A stretch of 64,000 nucleotides of DNA, from NCBI RefSeq assembly GCF_057098645.1, contig NZ_CM169472.1; one strand, 5' to 3'. Below are positions 60,007-64,000 of the stretch, in pieces (the first letter of the stretch is position 1; each line of letters begins with the position of its first letter). The notes below the pieces were generated by a model. The model ran no database searches and had not been told where the DNA came from. It was given only the letters and a program-made list of their open reading frames with translations. Both the position numbers and the translations under genes were made by a program.

Positions 60007-60156
60007 AAAAACGACTCCGGCTGTGACCTTTACCAGCAGTGGGATGGTATCCTGCCGCGCTTCGCTTGTCTTCTCCCGGCTTTCCGCCAGCAAAACGCTG
60101 GTGGAAAGCCGGGAGAGTCCGATTTTACTGTAACGGTGCTCTTGCGGGTTCTGTTA

Positions 60157-60411
60157 TCAGGAGTACCGCTTTCGCATGGGTCTCTCAGTGCGGTTGCCCT
60201 GATCATCGAAGTATCTGGACGGACAGATGATTTCCGGTGATGTTTCCAGCACATCCGCAATGAGTTTTTCGCCGCGCGGCCACGAACGGCTCAGCGCGTT
60301 TGCCAGCGTGGCGGACGCCAGTCCCGCGCTGCGGGAAACCTCAGCCAGCGATGTCCTCTGTTTTCTCAGTCCCGCGATAATATCGGCGGGGTGCCAGTCT
60401 TGCTGCATCAT
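60157..60411 (-). CDS. Ner/Nlp(SfsB)-like DNA-binding protein
   Basis: ..DWHPADIIAGLRK..SLA..SR..GL..STLANALSR.WP.GE parallels the recalled E. coli Nlp. Confidence 0.75.
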   Translation of the reverse strand: MMQQDWHPADIIAGLRKQRTSLAEVSRSAGLASATLANALSRSWPRGEKLIADVLETSPEIICPSRYFDDQGNRTERPMRKRYS

Positions 60412-60869
60412 GCTGGCCTCCCGTCGATAACCTGTACGCCGTCAGCGGTACGTATCCAGTGCGGGGCGTTCAGATCGGCGGCAAAATACCAGACCAGCTC
60501 GCACAGCAGTCCGGTCAGCGTCGTTTCGGTTTCCGGTAACAGTGAGTGACCATTCAGTATCTGCGTCAGCGCCAGACAGTAATCGCAGAGTGATTCTGCA
60601 TCAGGTTCAAAACCGGGTGAAACATCGGGAACATCATTCGTAATAAAACCGTCGATCAGATGCGGCGGGATCGGCTCGTTCAGCGTGGGCCGCAACAGTG
60701 CAAGGCAGGTATTAAGTCTGCCACAGAGCGCCATTTTTAGCGCAGGATTGTGGCATTCGATTAGGGTCTGGGCGAATCGATCGCCGTGAGCGGTCAGAAT
60801 GGTGAAATCGGTAGCGGCGCTGAAAGGAATAGAGAGTAAATCGCAGTCAGGGGAAGGACTTGTAGCCAT
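60408..60869 (-). CDS. Hypothetical protein coupled to the ner-like gene
   Basis: ORF whose TGA overlaps the ner-like ATG (ATGA). No family recognised. Start uncertain (60869 or 60917). Confidence 0.45.
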   Translation of the reverse strand: MATSPSPDCDLLSIPFSAATDFTILTAHGDRFAQTLIECHNPALKMALCGRLNTCLALLRPTLNEPIPPHLIDGFITNDVPDVSPGFEPDAESLCDYCLALTQILNGHSLLPETETTLTGLLCELVWYFAADLNAPHWIRTADGVQVIDGRPA

Positions 60870-61204
60870 TGGACAATCTCCAGTATGTGGTTTTAAATCC
60901 ACCATCAGAGGTTCCAATCTCCTGGGTGGTGGACTGAGCGAGGTTGGAACTACCGATCATACTGGAACCGGCGCACTTTGCAGTGCCCTCACCCAGCCCA
61001 CCATTGAGGTACAGCCAAGCGCACGACACAAAAAATGTGTCGCCAGTATGAATAATCCGGGGTTCCAATCCCGACGCCTGATTTTGCAGACGCAGGCTAA
61101 GGATACTGTGATTAGCAATGAGTCACATGAGGGCATATGGATATCCCGGAGCAGACTTACCGGGGCCAGTACCTCGCCAGAAAGAGCGCCGTTCCTGTTA
61201 TTTA

Positions 61205-62266
61205 TTATCCCCTTACCCGTATTGAAATAAAATTCTCACGGCGTGGTTTGCCAATAAACATTGTTCGCCCCTGTTGAGAGGTGCTCCTGTCCCCCAGACG
61301 CATTCCGCTAATCTCGTCCGGTGCAAGCCCCAGTCTCAAATCCCAGGCGAACTGATCACGCAACAGGAATGATACAAACGTGGTCAAAGGCTGATAATCT
61401 TCACCTTCCGGCAAAAAAGCCAGGTAACGTTCCAGTTTCAGGTTATTAATGCACAACAAAAATTTACCACTGAGATCCGGGATATGTCTGCCGATAATGA
61501 AGTTTTTTCCCAGCACCGATTTGCCCTGCAATCCCCCTTCCCCGGTCAGTTCACTGACCCCCAGCCGGTTCTGTTGTTCCTGCGGGATTGGCACCCGGCG
61601 CAATTGCCAGTTCTCCAGTTTCACATCTGACAGATCAAAACAGTGCTCAATAAGGTTACAGACAATTTCCGGCGAGCGCCCTGTTCCGGCAAGAATGCCG
61701 GCATATGCCAGCAGTTTACTGTGGCAGATATTAAGTCGCTCACGAACCCGCGGATTACCCAGCCCGATAAGTGAATATATGCTCTGCGATATGGCATCAG
61801 AGCCATCGTTACGGAAGTTGACATGCCAGCGGTATTTTTGCCAGATGTGATAGCGAAACTGAGTCCAGCGATGGCTGAACAGATTCAGAAAATCCGCTGT
61901 TGCGCTGCTTCCCTCCTGTGCCTGCTGCCAGGCCATCTCATCCAGGTAGTAACCCGGTAGTGGCGATGAACTGCCTGATAATCCCATAAAATGAGTGGTC
62001 ATCACGTATTGACCGGCTGCATTTTTTTCCAGCGATTCAATATCCCGCAGGGGAAATGCAATGCTGGCACTGGCACGAAAATGAACATTTTCCTGTTCAG
62101 GTTCCGTTCTCAGTGAAACGGCATCTTTCCGGCTACGGTACAGCAGGTCAGTGACCACAAAAAAGTTACCATAACAAGCATCGCGCAACGCCTGCGTTTC
62201 ATCCTGGTTTGTTGTGACGTCTGCGGGGGTTACATCGCCGGAAACTGTCCGGTTCTCTCTGTCCAT
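61205..62266 (-). CDS. tssG: Type VI secretion baseplate subunit TssG
   Basis: 353 aa following tssF with a 37-nt overlap. Family recalled (ImpH/VasB-like). Confidence 0.8.
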   Translation of the reverse strand: MDRENRTVSGDVTPADVTTNQDETQALRDACYGNFFVVTDLLYRSRKDAVSLRTEPEQENVHFRASASIAFPLRDIESLEKNAAGQYVMTTHFMGLSGSSSPLPGYYLDEMAWQQAQEGSSATADFLNLFSHRWTQFRYHIWQKYRWHVNFRNDGSDAISQSIYSLIGLGNPRVRERLNICHSKLLAYAGILAGTGRSPEIVCNLIEHCFDLSDVKLENWQLRRVPIPQEQQNRLGVSELTGEGGLQGKSVLGKNFIIGRHIPDLSGKFLLCINNLKLERYLAFLPEGEDYQPLTTFVSFLLRDQFAWDLRLGLAPDEISGMRLGDRSTSQQGRTMFIGKPRRENFISIRVRG

Positions 62267-64000
62267 CGCCAGACCTCCTCGGTTTGGGTATTAATCATGG
62301 TCAGCATATGCCAGGAATTGACACTGGCGTACAGGGCGAAAAAATGCGACAACACGGTTCCCAGGTGATACATCTCCCCTTCACAGGCGAAAGGTTGCGG
62401 GTTGACATACAGCGTGGATGACAATCCGCGTACCACTATGTCCCGGAAGACACGATCTGTGGGCCGGGTTTCCAGTTTTTCCAGCGCATTCAGTTTTTCC
62501 GGCGACAGCCGGGCGCAGAATGGTGTATGAATACCGCAGCGGTCGAAAGTGCGCAAAATATCGCGCAATACCTCCACATCATTCATGGTCAGATAATTGA
62601 GCGTCATAGTGTTGAGTAGCGACCAGTGGCGCGGGCCGTCCGGCACTGGCGGTAAAGGTGGGGTTGGCGTGGTGACGTTACGAAAAGGGGCCACGGATGC
62701 ATCCTGCCCCACGGGAACGCAGATATCACCGGGTGCCAGGCGACAGGGCTGATCGCCGTTCGTACAGATGAGTGATATCTGAATGGGATCCCGCCCCGTG
62801 AGAGTGGCGTCCGGTACACTGTTGTCAGCATGGCGGAATGAAATAAAATGAGCCGGATTGACACTAAGCAGCGAACGACGAACGCTGTGCTTCCAGTAAA
62901 TAATTCGGCGCTCCTGGTGATATTCCATGGGGCGCAGGGGACTGTCTGATGACAGCCATTTGCGCTGATTTCCATGGCGGGAGAGCGCGACCAGATCATC
63001 ATCCCTGAATGTGTTGTGCTCCTGCCCCTGTACGCTGTCAACACGAAAAATATCAAAATAACCGGGCCAGAATTGGCTGGCCTGCAACGGATATTCCTGA
63101 TGCGGGTTATCGGGCGTAACAGGAACGGCGTCATGAAAAAACAGGTTCACCGCCGGAGTACAGTGCAGACGCAGGGATTGCCTGCTCAGATTAACAGTTT
63201 CCGGCAATGGTCGATCAAAGCGAAGGCGCAGCGTAAAGGGGCGGGAGATAATCTCTCCGGGCAGCGATATTCCGCTGAGATCAAAAAAGAAGAATGCGTC
63301 AGGAAAACAAAACCAGTCCTGAATTATCCGGTAGCCACTGTGAAGGCTGCCGGGTTGTGGCAGCAATGATTCATCATGACTGAACCCGGAAGGCTTTATC
63401 GTCAGCCCTGGCTGAGGGTAACGTCGTCCACCGGTAATCAGTTCCGCGCCTCTCCGGTAGCGACAGAGCCACAAATAAACCTGCCAGCGGCTGATAATGT
63501 TTTCATCTCCCAGCCATAAACTGATGCCTTTGAGATCGGCTGCCGTTATTCTGCTGCCTGGCAGTGGCGCAAAGATGATATCAATGATGCCCTGATCAGG
63601 TGTACTGTAATTATTTACGTTATGAATATGTAATGGCAGCAACCTGATATTACGGCACAGGGTAAAAATACACGGCGGCTCTTCTTCTTCCGGCAGATCA
63701 TCCTGTGCGCCGGGTATCAGATAACTTTCTTCAGGGTGACTATCCCTGTGGGGGGCATTCATCACCTGTGCATCGCGGGGAATATCGCACACTGTGGCAA
63801 GGGTATTATCAGGCGTATATTCGATAATCGTCATGGGGGGAACCGTGCGCAGATAACTGGGACACAAACGTTTAATTAATGGCACGGTGATTTCGGGAAA
63901 CCGGTCTTCAATCTTTTCGCGTAGTCTGCCGGAAAGAAAGGCAAATGTTCCCATCAGTCGTTCTGTATCCGGGTCTACATCTTTATCACCGAGAAAGTTT
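62230..64000 (-). CDS. tssF: Type VI secretion baseplate subunit TssF (5' end outside window)
   Basis: Frame stays open upstream of the track ATG to the window edge (..DKDVDPDTERLMGTFAFLSGRLREKIED.. fits the conserved TssF N region). ImpG/VasA-like. Confidence 0.85.
   Translation of the reverse strand, partial: NFLGDKDVDPDTERLMGTFAFLSGRLREKIEDRFPEITVPLIKRLCPSYLRTVPPMTIIEYTPDNTLATVCDIPRDAQVMNAPHRDSHPEESYLIPGAQDDLPEEEEPPCIFTLCRNIRLLPLHIHNVNNYSTPDQGIIDIIFAPLPGSRITAADLKGISLWLGDENIISRWQVYLWLCRYRRGAELITGGRRYPQPGLTIKPSGFSHDESLLPQPGSLHSGYRIIQDWFCFPDAFFFFDLSGISLPGEIISRPFTLRLRFDRPLPETVNLSRQSLRLHCTPAVNLFFHDAVPVTPDNPHQEYPLQASQFWPGYFDIFRVDSVQGQEHNTFRDDDLVALSRHGNQRKWLSSDSPLRPMEYHQERRIIYWKHSVRRSLLSVNPAHFISFRHADNSVPDATLTGRDPIQISLICTNGDQPCRLAPGDICVPVGQDASVAPFRNVTTPTPPLPPVPDGPRHWSLLNTMTLNYLTMNDVEVLRDILRTFDRCGIHTPFCARLSPEKLNALEKLETRPTDRVFRDIVVRGLSSTLYVNPQPFACEGEMYHLGTVLSHFFALYASVNSWHMLTMINTQTEEVWRWTERTGQFPAM

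Noticed and set aside
60007-60156. Remnant of a higB toxin gene upstream of higA
   Set aside because: None of the three minus-strand frames shows RelE/HigB-like motifs (a weak ..GEDKRSAAGYH tail only). The evidence is insufficient.

Overview
Escherichia coli-type chromosome segment. The core genes are hchA'-hprSR-hiuH-msrPQ-zinT-yodB-serU-mtfA-asnT. Three horizontally acquired blocks are present, all reworked by insertion sequences. (1) 1-15.7 kb is part of a P2/186-type prophage inserted inside hchA. It carries terminase P, portal Q, cos, an SOS-controlled Tum/DinI-like module, replication gene A, Dam, the 186-type apl-cII/cI switch and int. IS1 splits a cargo gene beside cos, and an IS21-family element splits gene A. 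(2) 22.8-54.2 kb is a serU-integrated Qin/Stx-phage-like lambdoid prophage bounded by a 62-bp tRNA-derived repeat. It keeps int-xis, ydfE, dicF-dicB-ydfD, immunity, O/P-like replication genes, hok, rusA, Q, two tRNAs, nanS-p, lysis genes, pch, cos and Nu1. All morphogenesis genes were lost at a chimeric IS629/IS3 junction. T3SS effector genes lie beside it: nleF is intact, nleH and nleC are decayed. (3) 55.3-64 kb is an asnT island. It has a P4-type integrase, palindrome- and repeat-rich non-coding DNA, a decayed second tyrosine recombinase flanked by phased 10-bp repeats, higA/ner-like genes and the tssG-tssF end of a type VI secretion cluster. No CRISPR, rRNA or stx genes were seen. The best candidates for something undescribed are the cos-flanking cargo genes of the P2-like prophage, the repeat-flanked recombinase module, the palindromic modules after the asnT integrase, and the hairpin-dense leader upstream of DicF. 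All family names rest on recalled similarity and motif reading. No database search or folding program was available.
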